A stretch of 64,000 nucleotides of DNA from Candidatus Moanibacter sp. (lineage in GTDB: Bacteria > Verrucomicrobiota > Verrucomicrobiia > Opitutales > UBA2987). This document shows, piece by piece, positions 1 to 10,540 of this stretch; the first letter of the stretch is position 1; the number at the start of each line of letters is the position of its first letter. The position numbers were made by a program, and so were the translations under genes. A model generated the notes under the pieces. It saw nothing but the letters and a program-made list of their open reading frames with translations. It did not search any database and was not told the origin of the DNA. The stretch spans positions 32,001 through 96,000 of the forward strand of contig CBDCEW010000103.1 of the NCBI GenBank assembly GCA_965215885.1, written 5' to 3'.

Positions 1-139
1 GGTAGATTCGCTCCCGCGCCTCAAGCGTATCATACTCTCGATGAGTTTTCCTATAGACCAAAACGAAAGACGCCAGAACGGTTACAAGGGTGCCCATAAG
101 AAGCAAAACAAGAAGCCTGAGCATGGTAACGTTTATCAT
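1..139 (-). CDS. 5' part of a probable septum formation initiator (FtsB/DivIC-like) membrane protein; runs off the window
   Basis: Manual translation MINVTMLRLLVLLLMGTLVTVLASFVLVYRKTHREYDTLEARERIY...: one N-terminal TM helix followed by the start of a coiled coil. Not in the ORF track. Confidence 0.45.
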   Translation of the reverse strand, partial: MINVTMLRLLVLLLMGTLVTVLASFVLVYRKTHREYDTLEARERIY

Positions 140-204
140 TGGCAAATCTGATTTCTGTGGTATGTCATAAACAGATTTTCAGGATTTGAAAAGAAAAAAA
201 CATT

Positions 205-1688
205 GGCCTCGTCAGCAGAATCTGTGGGTTATTTCGGGTTCAGGCAAGTCGCCCATGGTATGAAATAGGGCGATCTTAAGCACTTCGAAGCTCTTAAAGC
301 CGTATGCTTTTCTGATAGTGAGATTTATATTGCGGTTAAAGCCCTCCACAATGCCGCAGGAAAAGGCCTTTTTGGCCCGAAACCAGTTGAGGATGAGCGG
401 CTCGTGTTTGCGCACCGAGCGCACGAACCTTTTGATCGGTTTGAGGCGCGAACGCATGGCGCGCGTGCACCATTTTTTCAGATACCATTGGGCCCAGTAG
501 GGACTTTTATAATGCCACAAGAGCTGAAAGCTCTCCTTTAGTAGATAGGCCCGCACGCTCTTCAGATCGTATTGGAGCACCTCCTTGAGGCGGATCTGTT
601 GGGTGGGGGTGAGATTTTGCGGATTTTTCAAGAAACAGTATTTGCTTTTGACCAGCACGTTGATGTAGCCGTCCCGTTGCAATCGCCTGGCTTCCGCAGC
701 ACGAATCTCATTGAGGGCCTTGTTCAGGTTGGCTACCAAGTGGAAGCGATCGAGGATGTGCAGCGCCTGGGGTGCCTTTTTCTTGATCACTTTGAGGTAA
801 GGCTTCCACAGATCCGAGCAGACGTAGAGGATCTGGCTGCTCTTTTGCGCTCCCAATTCCCAGAAAAAACGCAAGAGCGATTTTACGTTGCGCTTATTGA
901 ATACGCCCAATAGCCGCCGCCGCCCCTCGTCAAGCTGGTAGACCACGGTGAGATAGTGATGGCCTCGATGATACTGCACCTCATCGACTCCGATCGCCTC
1001 AATCCCGCTCATATCGCGCCGTTTGAGCCCCCAACGCACCATCGCCTCGACCGACTCGAAGACGTTGCGCCAGTTCGTGCGAAAAACCCTTGCCGTCTCT
1101 TCCCAGCTCAAGCGCCTCGCCCACTGGGCCAGAAACCATTGCATTGGCCAACTCAGATGACTCTTGCCCTTGGCCCAGGGCACCTCTTCGACCTTCACCC
1201 CGCACCGCCGGCAATTGACCCGCCGCATGCGGTAACGAAAATACACCTTCATCCCCCACAAGGGCACAAATTCAAAATGCCTCGCCTCGCTCATGTGGTC
1301 GTAGCCGCTGGCCGTCCGGCCACACCCCGAACAGCACACCCGACTATTCTTGCGCGGCTCAATCTGCACCACAATCGCCTCCTCCGATTTCACCATTTCC
1401 ATACTCGCCTTTGCGTAAACAAAGCTCTTGAGCCAATAGCACCGATTCAGTAGCGTTTTGATGAGCACTGGGTCCTCCGTGTTCAGGATGTATTTTCGGT
1501 ACTACTTTCATCCTCGGAACGGCCCGGTGCTTCAACCTTTCAATCCCATATGCAAAGAAAACACCGACCAGCCCCTCCGGCTGTGGAGGAGCGGGATTCA
1601 GGGCAGCGCCCTGACTTCTCCTTGTGCTCACCGACTCTATTTCCTCTTGTAAGCGACGTTACCCACCCACAGATTCTGCTGTAGACCC
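205..1688 (-). mobile_element. ISL3-family insertion sequence, copy A (1484 bp)
   Basis: TIRs GGCCTCGTCAGCAGAATCTGTGGGT / GGGTCTACAGCAGAATCTGTGGGT; near-identical to 57734-59217; no matching TSD in the flanks. Confidence 0.93.
212..1468 (-). CDS. ISL3-family transposase
   Basis: CxxC...CxxC zinc finger, IGVDE, CSDLW, LDRFHLV and VEGFNRNI DDE motifs. Confidence 0.95.
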   Translation of the reverse strand: MLIKTLLNRCYWLKSFVYAKASMEMVKSEEAIVVQIEPRKNSRVCCSGCGRTASGYDHMSEARHFEFVPLWGMKVYFRYRMRRVNCRRCGVKVEEVPWAKGKSHLSWPMQWFLAQWARRLSWEETARVFRTNWRNVFESVEAMVRWGLKRRDMSGIEAIGVDEVQYHRGHHYLTVVYQLDEGRRRLLGVFNKRNVKSLLRFFWELGAQKSSQILYVCSDLWKPYLKVIKKKAPQALHILDRFHLVANLNKALNEIRAAEARRLQRDGYINVLVKSKYCFLKNPQNLTPTQQIRLKEVLQYDLKSVRAYLLKESFQLLWHYKSPYWAQWYLKKWCTRAMRSRLKPIKRFVRSVRKHEPLILNWFRAKKAFSCGIVEGFNRNINLTIRKAYGFKSFEVLKIALFHTMGDLPEPEITHRFC

Positions 1689-1792
1689 ATCAATAATATA
1701 TGTGACAAGGCCCTGCTTTCTTCTTTTATTAGATCTTCTGATGTAGTCACATTTTGGGATGTGCGGCGGGCCGTGCAGGAGCTGAAACTCAA

Positions 1793-2641
1793 ATGAGCCT
1801 CATAAACGAAGCCCTAAAGAAAGCGCAGCAAGAGCGCGCCGGGGTTGAAATGGCTCCACCTGAGGGAGGACAAGGTCATGCGGATTCTTCCGCCGTAGGC
1901 CCCGGCGGATTTTTTAAGATGATTTGCATCGCCGTGTTCGTGGCCATCGTATTCGGTGGAGCCGTAGCGTTCCTGGTTGTGGGAATGCTCGGCGGAGACG
2001 ACGATGCTGCTACCGCTCAGGTAGCTTCTTCGACAACCCAGGATCTACCGTCTACCTCCCCGCCGGAAGAGGGACAGTCGGCCGCTCCTCTGCCTTCCAT
2101 TTCGTATAAGCCTTCTGAACCGGCGCGCCCAGAACCTCGGGTCGAGCCCGAACCACCGCCTGCCGAGCCGGCACCGAAAAAGACGATCCTGGGAAAAGTT
2201 AGGCAGGTCGTCGCGACCGGAAATGAGAACATGGAGAACGTCAACGATGTATTGGAGAGTGTTGAGCAATCGCAGAGAGCGCCTGAATCCAAGCCACCGC
2301 AGATCTCCACCCCACCACCTCGCCCGGCAGTTGCACCGAAGCCCAAACCAACTTTAGCAGCCACCACGCCGAGGAGAAGCCAACCGACACCACCAGCTCG
2401 AAAATCGAGGCCAAGAAACGTGTCAGCTGAACCCGACCCCGCCATACTGGCCTACGTTGAGGCCTTAACAATTAAAGGAATAAAGCTGGCGGGAAATAGT
2501 AGCAAAGTCCTGATGGAGAACAAAGTATACCGCCTCAATTCCATTGTAAACCACGAGTTTAGACTGAGAGTTCTCGAGATCAAACCACAACAGATCATAT
2601 TCGTCGGCTATGACGGAGTCAAATACACCAAGTTCTTCTAA
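1793..2641 (+). CDS. GspB-like membrane protein (N-terminal MSLINEALKKA, TM helix, Pro-rich linker, small C-terminal beta domain)
   Basis: MSLINEALKK start is typical of GspB/ExeB-like proteins; architecture visible in the sequence. Confidence 0.6.
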   Translation: MSLINEALKKAQQERAGVEMAPPEGGQGHADSSAVGPGGFFKMICIAVFVAIVFGGAVAFLVVGMLGGDDDAATAQVASSTTQDLPSTSPPEEGQSAAPLPSISYKPSEPARPEPRVEPEPPPAEPAPKKTILGKVRQVVATGNENMENVNDVLESVEQSQRAPESKPPQISTPPPRPAVAPKPKPTLAATTPRRSQPTPPARKSRPRNVSAEPDPAILAYVEALTIKGIKLAGNSSKVLMENKVYRLNSIVNHEFRLRVLEIKPQQIIFVGYDGVKYTKFF

Positions 2642-3963
2642 TCAGCAGCCTGAGGATTCAGGAGAGGCTTCGGGCGGCGAAAGCAGTCCCCCAAAACGGC
2701 GCCTTTCTCTTCGCAGGGAAGAGTCTCCGGCCGAACCTGAAGAAGGGCAGCGGCAGGAGTCAATTGGCGAGGAATCCGAATCAAAGCAATCGGCTGAGGA
2801 ACCGCACGCCACCGGTGATACAGATTCTGCCGATACCTCCACAGAAGATCCTCCCGCGAAAAAGATATCAATGAGGCTACCTCCCAAAGAGCAAGTCGAG
2901 GAGCCCTCCGCCGAGGGAGAGGTCGATCCGGGAGCCTGGGACGTCGAACCGCAGCCCATCCAATCAGAATCCGGTCCCTCTCTTTCTTTAAAGAAGAAAC
3001 CTGCCGAAGCAGAGACTGCACCGGAGACGGTTGAGGGCATAGGACAAGAGGAATCGCCCGCCGAAGGAACGCCTGCCGGCGAGCAGGGTTCTGAGGAAGC
3101 TTCTCCTGATTCCTCACCATCTAAAGGACCTCCGGTCAAGATAAGAGGTCTCAGTAAAAAGCCGTTTGCCGACTCCGGTGCAACGAAAATCCCAGTCGAT
3201 AAACCAGAAGTTGCGAAGATCGAAAGTCCCGTCACCGCGCCTCCTGTCACTGTTCAAAAATCGGAAGAGCCTACAGCGAAAGCACCCACCCCCACCGCCT
3301 CCAAAAATACCGGTCCCTGCAACAGGAATTCCCTCCGACCAGAAAGCTCCTCCTTCACCTCCTCCTAAGGGCCAAACAAGATCTTCCCTACCCGACCTCC
3401 CGCCTGTGGTAGCGTTCGCTGAACCGGAAGAGAAATCCGGAACATCCAAGGGAGGACTGGGCTTTGTGGTAGGTGTGCTTGTCCTGGTTGTCATAGCCGT
3501 CGTCGCTGTCTTCCTTCTCCTAAAGTTATTCCGACCGGAGGGTGCGGAGATTGCCGCCGATGAATTGCAGACAGCGGCTGAAGAAAATCAATTGGAAGAA
3601 ACTGGTGCGAGCGGGACCGAGTTCGGTGCAACGCAAGTTACCGATGAATCGAAAGAGATAAGCGTAGCCGATTCCGATCTTGCAGAAGAGGAGGTTCAAC
3701 TCGCGGTGAGTGAGCCGACTGTTCCTGAGCAGCCGACAGGGCCGGTTAGAGATCCCATCGTGGCCGCTTTTATCGATACCATGGTTATTAGCGCAGTCAG
3801 AGACAGTGGTTCGTCGCCCATCGTCATGATCGACCAATCGATCCACCGGTTAAACCAGGTAGTTAATCAGGAACTCGACGTGCGTTTCGTAGGTATCAAC
3901 CCACAGATTTCCGAATTGGTCTTCGAAGACGCCAACGGATACATTTACTACAAGCCCTACTGA
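2610..3963 (+). pseudogene. Frameshifted GspB-like paralog (acidic disordered N-terminus, TM helix, same C-terminal domain as 1793-2641)
   Basis: ORFs 2610-3368 and 3166-3963 join if one C is removed at about 3284 (gcacccacccccaccg gives KAPPPPPK). May be a sequencing error. Confidence 0.6.
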
Positions 3964-3968
3964 GAAGG

Positions 3969-5882
3969 CTATTCCAGGTATGGCTCATATTCCGGAACAA
4001 ACTCTTTAAGAGTCTCTTTAAGCTGTTCCGATTTCGTGCCATTTAAGGCATCTGGCAACATCTCGAAGAATTGATCTACTGCATCATTCGGCCTGGCTTC
4101 GCTGAGTAAACGCGAGATCCGCGGATGCGCAGTCTCTTCGAGGGTCTCTCCCCCATGCTGCACCTCCTCATACAGTTTCTCCCCGGGGCGCAGCCCGATA
4201 TACTCGATCTCAATATCAACCTCAGGGCGAAATCCACTCAATTCGATCATCTGGCGAGCGAGGTCCACAATCTTGACCTGACTCCCCATATCCAGAACAA
4301 AGATCTCGCCCCCTGAACCCTGGGTCGCGCTCTGCAGAACAAGCCCAACCGCTTCCGTGACAGTCATGAAATAGCGGCTGACTTCGGGATGTGTCACCGT
4401 CACCGGTCCACCCCGCGTGATCTGTTTTCGAAAAATGGGAACAACGCTTCCCGATGATCCCAATACGTTGCCGAACCGAACCGCCATGAATCGCGTGCTG
4501 TTTGGCGATTCCATCTGCTTACTTTGAATGTAAATCTCCGCGAGGCGTTTGCTCGCGCCCATTACGCTCGTCGGATTAATCGCTTTGTCGGTAGAGATGA
4601 ATACAAACCGTTCCACGGCAAATTCACTCGCCAGGTCGGCGAGACCTCGAGTGCCAAGGGTGTTGTTTTTGACGACTTCCGCGGGTTGCCTCTCGGTCAG
4701 ATAGACATGCTTATGGGCGGCGGCGTGAAATACTATTTCGGGTTCAAATTCCTCAAAAATCGCGTGTATCCTCGCCTCATCCAAAACGTCCGCCAGTAAA
4801 GCATTAATCCCCTTTTCATATCCCTCTTCCAGAAGTTGCTGTTCGATTTGAAACAGCTGAATCTCGGACTGCTCCACGAGTATGAGTTGCCTGGGATTGC
4901 GAAACGCGATCTGCCGGCAGAGTTCGCCTCCGATACTTCCACCGGCGCCGGTCACCATGACGACTTTCCCAACCAACATCTCCTCAATATTCTTCGAATC
5001 CAGTTCCACCGGATCGCGACCAAGTATATCTTCAATTTCCACCGGCCGTACCCGGTTAGCTTTCACTTTCCCGGTCGTCAACTCGGCCAAAGAGGGAACG
5101 ATCTCGGTTTCCAGACCGATCGCGTTCGCCGCATCAGTAACCTCCCGTATACGTCGCGTTGATGCCGAGGGCAGCGCAATGATTATCGCTTCAATAGCAT
5201 ATCTGTTCCTTACATCGGCCAGATCGTCCGGTCCGCCGGCAACCAGTATTCCGTGTATCGTCTTTTTCCATTTGCTTTTATCGTCGTCGAGAAAAACGAC
5301 TGGACTCATGCCTAGACCGCGCCGACTAAGCAGATCTGCCGCTACACTGGCGCCTGCATCTCCTGCGCCAAGAACTGCTACGCGGCGCCGCCTGAGTTCC
5401 CGCCCCCCCCCGCTCGCGGATAGGAAGCGCTCCCGCGCCACTCGAAGACCTACCCTGAAACCACAGATAAGCATGAGCGAAAAGATAAGATCGCCCAGGA
5501 TCACGCTGCGGGGAGGCCAATTTCGCCCTTCCAGAAAATACCAGAGGTAGACCAGGATCAAACTGCCCGAAAACAGTGCCCCGAAGAGACGATAGAGATC
5601 GGGAAGTCTGAAAAAACTAAGAAGCCCGCCAAACTGGCCAAACGCATACAAGAGAAAGAGCTGAAAGGGCACCACCCAGATCAAATTTGAGTAAAGCAGC
5701 CTCAAGTAACGGTCTGGAATAAAAAAATCGAACCGTAGAAGAAAGGCTATCCACAGACTTAGGGAGAGGATCGCGGTATAGGCCAGAAAGAGAATGAGTG
5801 ACCTCGCCGGATAGAGAATTCTAATCATCGAGAATCTAATATTATCCCACTGTGGAGCTAGTATCGTGAGCTCTTTGCGCAC
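3969..5882 (-). CDS. CapD/WbpM/PglF-like membrane-bound UDP-sugar 4,6-dehydratase
   Basis: 4 TM N-terminus, GAGDAG, TGAGGSIG, HAAAHKHV, STDKA, VRFGNVLGSSGSV. The true start may be 5828. Confidence 0.93.
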   Translation of the reverse strand: MRKELTILAPQWDNIRFSMIRILYPARSLILFLAYTAILSLSLWIAFLLRFDFFIPDRYLRLLYSNLIWVVPFQLFLLYAFGQFGGLLSFFRLPDLYRLFGALFSGSLILVYLWYFLEGRNWPPRSVILGDLIFSLMLICGFRVGLRVARERFLSASGGGRELRRRRVAVLGAGDAGASVAADLLSRRGLGMSPVVFLDDDKSKWKKTIHGILVAGGPDDLADVRNRYAIEAIIIALPSASTRRIREVTDAANAIGLETEIVPSLAELTTGKVKANRVRPVEIEDILGRDPVELDSKNIEEMLVGKVVMVTGAGGSIGGELCRQIAFRNPRQLILVEQSEIQLFQIEQQLLEEGYEKGINALLADVLDEARIHAIFEEFEPEIVFHAAAHKHVYLTERQPAEVVKNNTLGTRGLADLASEFAVERFVFISTDKAINPTSVMGASKRLAEIYIQSKQMESPNSTRFMAVRFGNVLGSSGSVVPIFRKQITRGGPVTVTHPEVSRYFMTVTEAVGLVLQSATQGSGGEIFVLDMGSQVKIVDLARQMIELSGFRPEVDIEIEYIGLRPGEKLYEEVQHGGETLEETAHPRISRLLSEARPNDAVDQFFEMLPDALNGTKSEQLKETLKEFVPEYEPYLE

Positions 5883-6913
5883 CTCCGCTCACGATTAATT
5901 GTAATTCCCCACAATCCGCAAGCAAGCAGGACAAGGGCAACCGCAATCGATTCGAGTCTAATTGACATTCCAAACATCCACAAGAACCCAAGTAACATTC
6001 CACATAGGGTGAACACCGTGTAAATCAGGCTTACTGTCTGGTGACTGTACCCGGAAAGCACGAGGCGCTGGTATAGGTGAGACCGGTGAGCGGTGAATAC
6101 ATTCTCCTTTCGAAACAGTCTGCGAAGAAAAGTGAAACTCCCATCGAAAAGAAATGGCCAGGTTAGAATAACGGAGAATACCACAAACCGCCACTCCGAT
6201 CCGGACCCAAAATCGGAGGCTACCATAAAGGGAACTACAGCCCAGGAGAATCCGAGAAAAGTGCTGCCTACGTCTCCCATAAAAATGCGCGCCGGCGGCC
6301 AGTTATGGATTAGAAAACCAAGCGAAGAACCGGCTAACAGCCAACCCATCAACATTGCCACACGCGAGTCCAGGGCATAACCCACGGCGAACCAGCTCAC
6401 CGCGGTCAGGAATCCATGGCTTCCGGCGATTCCATCGATTCCATCCATGAAATTGTAGACGTTGGTTAACCCCACGATCCAGATAAGCGTTACCATGGCA
6501 CCCACTAGGCCGATGTCCAAACTTACTACCCCGGGGAGCGTTACTACTCGCAGATACCCCACATGGAGTATCATTACCAGGGAGATGCTTGTGTGTACCA
6601 ACAAACGAAGCGCGCTGGAAACGGTTTTGAAATCATCCATCAAGCTGACTGCAGCCAAAGCAAACGAACATCCCAAATAAATGCCCAGAGACGCCGCCGG
6701 TAAATCCGAGTATATCGGAAGAGAGATTCCGATTCCTCCCAGCGTGACTACCACGATAGTCAAACCTCCCCCTCCCGGCGTGACTTCACTATGCAAGCTG
6801 CGCGCGTCAGGAACAACAACAATGCGAGCACGCCCCGCAAATTGATACAGCCCCGCCGTAAGCAAATATGAGAGAATTACCAGACCCAACCCCGTTGGCA
6901 CAAGTATGTTCAT
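5858..6913 (-). CDS. WecA/WbpL-like undecaprenyl-phosphate glycosyl-1-phosphate transferase (MraY family)
   Basis: NVYNFMDGIDG, IFMGDVGS and AHRSHLYQRL motifs; multiple TM helices. Confidence 0.93.
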   Translation of the reverse strand: MNILVPTGLGLVILSYLLTAGLYQFAGRARIVVVPDARSLHSEVTPGGGGLTIVVVTLGGIGISLPIYSDLPAASLGIYLGCSFALAAVSLMDDFKTVSSALRLLVHTSISLVMILHVGYLRVVTLPGVVSLDIGLVGAMVTLIWIVGLTNVYNFMDGIDGIAGSHGFLTAVSWFAVGYALDSRVAMLMGWLLAGSSLGFLIHNWPPARIFMGDVGSTFLGFSWAVVPFMVASDFGSGSEWRFVVFSVILTWPFLFDGSFTFLRRLFRKENVFTAHRSHLYQRLVLSGYSHQTVSLIYTVFTLCGMLLGFLWMFGMSIRLESIAVALVLLACGLWGITINRERRCAKSSRY

Positions 6914-7914
6914 GTTCGGAATTCCGGCTGATTCCTAACCGCATCTCGAAGTCCTTCATCAACGCTGAATGGAGGCTTCCAATCCAAAACATCCTCTACT
7001 TTGCTACAATCAATACTTAGAGACCCACAAAGCCTCTCCAGTGAATAGCTGTCCAGCCCAATCGATCCGCCACTGAGGGTTTGCATCAAGTCGCCCCCCC
7101 GTGCCAACGCCTTCAAAAAGGTTGTGGGAAACGGCGCTAACCATACCCTGCGCCCGGATTGACTGCCCAGCCGGGAGATCAGCTCGGGAGTCGAAAGGTC
7201 TTCCCCATCACTGGCACAGAAAATCTGCCTTGAAGCGCTGCCGTGTTCCAGAACAACCTCGATTAGATCCACTAGATTCCCCACATAAATGAAGCTGCGG
7301 CGGTTCCGAACGGAACCAAACGGCAGGGGAAACGGAAGTTTCATCAGCTTGAGCAAACGCGCCATGTTTCCCGGATTTCCGAATCCGTAGACAAGCGGCG
7401 CCCGGATTATACACCAATCCGGAGATCCCGCCTCGAGAAAGCCAACAATCTCTCTTTCCGCGGATAGCTTGCTCTTTCCATACGGGGTATCAGCGGCGCA
7501 CCGGCTACCCTCATGGACCGGCTCCTCAGACGAAGAGCACACCGCCCCAATCGAGCTGAGAAACACGAACCGGCCTAACACTTCCGCCTCCCTCATTCCA
7601 TCCAGCAGTGACCGTGTTCCCAACACGTTGACCCGCATGTAATCGTCTTCGCTCGGACCATTTCGGAAATCGAGTTTGTGTGCCAGGGCCGCCAGATGCA
7701 CGACATGCGTAATCCCATCGAGCGCAGCCTTCCACTCGGTATGTGGGCCATATTCACCGGTTTCGACCCATTCGATCTCAACCGGGAAATCCTGCGGTGG
7801 CGGGAAACGGCGGCGTGCCCCCCGCACTCGCCAGCCGGACGCAGCCAGCATCCCACAGAGATGCCGGCCCACGAAACCGCTTGCACCAGTTACAAGAACT
7901 CTGTTCACCGCCAC
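6910..7914 (-). CDS. NAD-dependent epimerase/dehydratase (WbpV-like)
   Basis: TGASGFVG, HLAALAH and YGKSK SDR motifs. Confidence 0.92.
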   Translation of the reverse strand: MAVNRVLVTGASGFVGRHLCGMLAASGWRVRGARRRFPPPQDFPVEIEWVETGEYGPHTEWKAALDGITHVVHLAALAHKLDFRNGPSEDDYMRVNVLGTRSLLDGMREAEVLGRFVFLSSIGAVCSSSEEPVHEGSRCAADTPYGKSKLSAEREIVGFLEAGSPDWCIIRAPLVYGFGNPGNMARLLKLMKLPFPLPFGSVRNRRSFIYVGNLVDLIEVVLEHGSASRQIFCASDGEDLSTPELISRLGSQSGRRVWLAPFPTTFLKALARGGDLMQTLSGGSIGLDSYSLERLCGSLSIDCSKVEDVLDWKPPFSVDEGLRDAVRNQPEFRT

Positions 7915-9176
7915 TGTTGAACCGCTTTCTGAAGACAGGTCAGCGTGTTCTTCGCCTGCTTTTCGCGCGAAAAATTCGGTGCCGCTTTCAGACTGTTCTG
8001 TGAAAGCATTTCACGATATACTGGATCATCTCGAAGCTCTAGGATCGCTTTCGCAAGGGCAGGGGGGTTGGCAGGGGGCACAACAACACCGGCAGCGTGC
8101 TCTTTTATCAAAGCAGATCCTGCTCCTTCGGGACAAACATAGACAATTGGTAATCTCATTGCCATCGATTCGAATATTTTCGACGGCAATATTGTCGCGA
8201 AATTCGGATGGTTGCGTTGATGGATCAACGAGAGATCACAGACGCTCCAGAAACCGGGCATTTCCTCATGAAGCTGCCTTGGAGCAAAAACGACGTTTCC
8301 CAGTCCCCGGGCGGAGACTTCCTCTTCTAACGCTTCCTTAGCGGCGCCTACACCTACAAAAAAGAAGCTCACGTCTGTGCCGCGCAATATCTCGGCTGTC
8401 TCTATCACATTTTCGAGTCCTTGGGCTAACCCGATCGTTCCTAAGTGTCCGACTACAAATCTCCCCCCCAATCCATATTTCTCAAGCACCTCTTCATCTA
8501 TACCCATCGGCGAAAAAAGTCGCAGATCAGTGCCGTTTATTGCCAGATCGATCTTTTCCGAGGGAACACCCCGCGATTTCAGATCAACGTTAAAGGCGGG
8601 CGAAAGCGTCAAAATCCTCGTCGAACTACCGTAATACCACAGCTCGAGCTTTTCCAATAGATCGTATATCTTGCCGCGTTTCAACACTTCCGTGGATTCG
8701 ATCGCCGCGGGCCAAAGATCTCTAACTTCAACGACATGGGGAACACGCCTGAAATGAGCAAAAGACAGTCCGGACAATGGCACTAGAAGGTGCGGAGACG
8801 TGGAAATGACCACATTCGGCCTGTCTTCAAAGATTGCATTGATAAACGACGATACGACGTAAGAGGCGTAATCGAGTGTTCTAAGGAGAATTCCTTTGTT
8901 TTCGAATATGAAAGTAAATACTCTAACGACGCGTACACCATCCATGTTCTCAACCGCACGCAGTCTATTACTGTACCCGTCGTACACTTTCCCTTCAGGG
9001 AAATTCGGCGCGCTGCAGATTACGGTTACTTCGTGCCCCTGCTCGACCCAGATCCGACACCGCTCATAGACATGAGCGGCCGGCGCGCTGGGTTCCGGCC
9101 TGAAGTGATCCGTAAAAAACATTATCTTCACATCACTCCGTAACTTAAGCTGTGAGCACGGGAACGCGCCAATCAA
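7905..9176 (-). CDS. GT4 glycosyltransferase (WbuB-like)
   Basis: PNFPEG, EVRDLWP and PSKIFESMA motifs; start probably near 9122. Confidence 0.9.
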   Translation of the reverse strand: MIGAFPCSQLKLRSDVKIMFFTDHFRPEPSAPAAHVYERCRIWVEQGHEVTVICSAPNFPEGKVYDGYSNRLRAVENMDGVRVVRVFTFIFENKGILLRTLDYASYVVSSFINAIFEDRPNVVISTSPHLLVPLSGLSFAHFRRVPHVVEVRDLWPAAIESTEVLKRGKIYDLLEKLELWYYGSSTRILTLSPAFNVDLKSRGVPSEKIDLAINGTDLRLFSPMGIDEEVLEKYGLGGRFVVGHLGTIGLAQGLENVIETAEILRGTDVSFFFVGVGAAKEALEEEVSARGLGNVVFAPRQLHEEMPGFWSVCDLSLIHQRNHPNFATILPSKIFESMAMRLPIVYVCPEGAGSALIKEHAAGVVVPPANPPALAKAILELRDDPVYREMLSQNSLKAAPNFSREKQAKNTLTCLQKAVQQWR

Positions 9177-10540
9177 TTCGGTACGAGCACCAGCGTATGC
9201 GCTCCCCGCTTTACGGAAATTGAGTAGCCGGAAGGTTCCAAACCCGGAGGATTTGTTCCTAACACTCTCCAGAATTCAATTGCGCCACGGCTGTTTCGCG
9301 GATCAAATCGCTCGTAAATCACCACGGCCAGTGATTCACCCGTGGGATCGAATACAAGCGACTCCGGCAATATACCCTGCAATCGAAAATCCGCAAGCCG
9401 GAGAATTTCACCTGACAGCGGATCGAAATTGAATAGACTCATTGATGAATACTGCGTTAGACGGGGATCATCCCAAGGCAAAAAACTGCGAACCAGATTC
9501 GCCGTTGCCACCAGTCGCCCATCCGGACTCACTGCAATCCCCTCCGGACTTATCCCGCTCTCCGCCTTGGAAACCACCCTATGCTCCAATCTGTCATCTC
9601 CTTCTTCGCTTTCGAATCTTATGACGGATAACTCTCCGGGCGGTGGGTCAATGTAAAATCCCGGCACGTCCTCGCCCCATTGATCATCTGTTGTTATGAA
9701 ATGTCGGCCATCAGGTGTCCATACCCCGCTGTAGGGAAAGCGTCCCACCTTGACTTGCTCGCCCCAGGGCTCGATTTCCGGCTTTTCCGTTTCTCGAGCT
9801 CCTATCAAAGCGTAGAATGCAACCGCATCTGACATCGTAAGCGTAATTGCGAAGAACCGTCCCGATGGATGCCACTGTATATTACCGGTCTGCGCTGACT
9901 CATCCTCGACTCCCCTGAGCGCATAGCGTCCGAAAAAACCGAATTCTCCATTCTCGACTCCGATCAGGCCAATCTGTTCTTTCGGCTGATCCGAACACAC
10001 GGCGAGCAGATGACCGCGTGGATGCACATCAACCGTATGGTATCCGGGACCCAGTTCGAGCTCATCGATCTTCTTTGGATTCATCGGGTCTGAAATGTCC
10101 ACGGACCGGAGGACGCTTATCCGAGGAAAATCATCGAATACGTTTGCTACCGATTCCACCCCCTCGGGGGCCTCTCCGAATGTCTCGAGGACATAGGCAA
10201 CTCCGCCATCGGGCGATACCGCCAGGGCGAAGGGCGAACCGATCACGGAATTCGGTAGATCCAGCTCACTCATCTCGACATCCCGATCTGGAGTACCGCT
10301 AATCGTCAAAGGCAGCTTTATTACGGTGAGGGTGTCTTTCTCCTCACCATGGCAGGAGCCCACGATCAGTTTGCCGTCAACGTAAGCACTGGCCGGCATG
10401 TCGGCATCTGAAATCGCAAGAAGGAGTCGCCCCTCGAATAGTGTAGAGCCGGATCGGGAAATTTCATTATCGACATCGGCTGCCGCAACACAGCAGAAAA
10501 TCAACGACAACACAATCAGGCTGTTTCCGGGTCTCGGCAT
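9173..10540 (-). CDS. Secreted beta-propeller (lactonase-like) protein
   Basis: Signal-peptide-like N-terminus; repeated xSPDG/HPSG/TPDG/FDPTG blades. Confidence 0.75.
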   Translation of the reverse strand: MPRPGNSLIVLSLIFCCVAAADVDNEISRSGSTLFEGRLLLAISDADMPASAYVDGKLIVGSCHGEEKDTLTVIKLPLTISGTPDRDVEMSELDLPNSVIGSPFALAVSPDGGVAYVLETFGEAPEGVESVANVFDDFPRISVLRSVDISDPMNPKKIDELELGPGYHTVDVHPRGHLLAVCSDQPKEQIGLIGVENGEFGFFGRYALRGVEDESAQTGNIQWHPSGRFFAITLTMSDAVAFYALIGARETEKPEIEPWGEQVKVGRFPYSGVWTPDGRHFITTDDQWGEDVPGFYIDPPPGELSVIRFESEEGDDRLEHRVVSKAESGISPEGIAVSPDGRLVATANLVRSFLPWDDPRLTQYSSMSLFNFDPLSGEILRLADFRLQGILPESLVFDPTGESLAVVIYERFDPRNSRGAIEFWRVLGTNPPGLEPSGYSISVKRGAHTLVLVPN

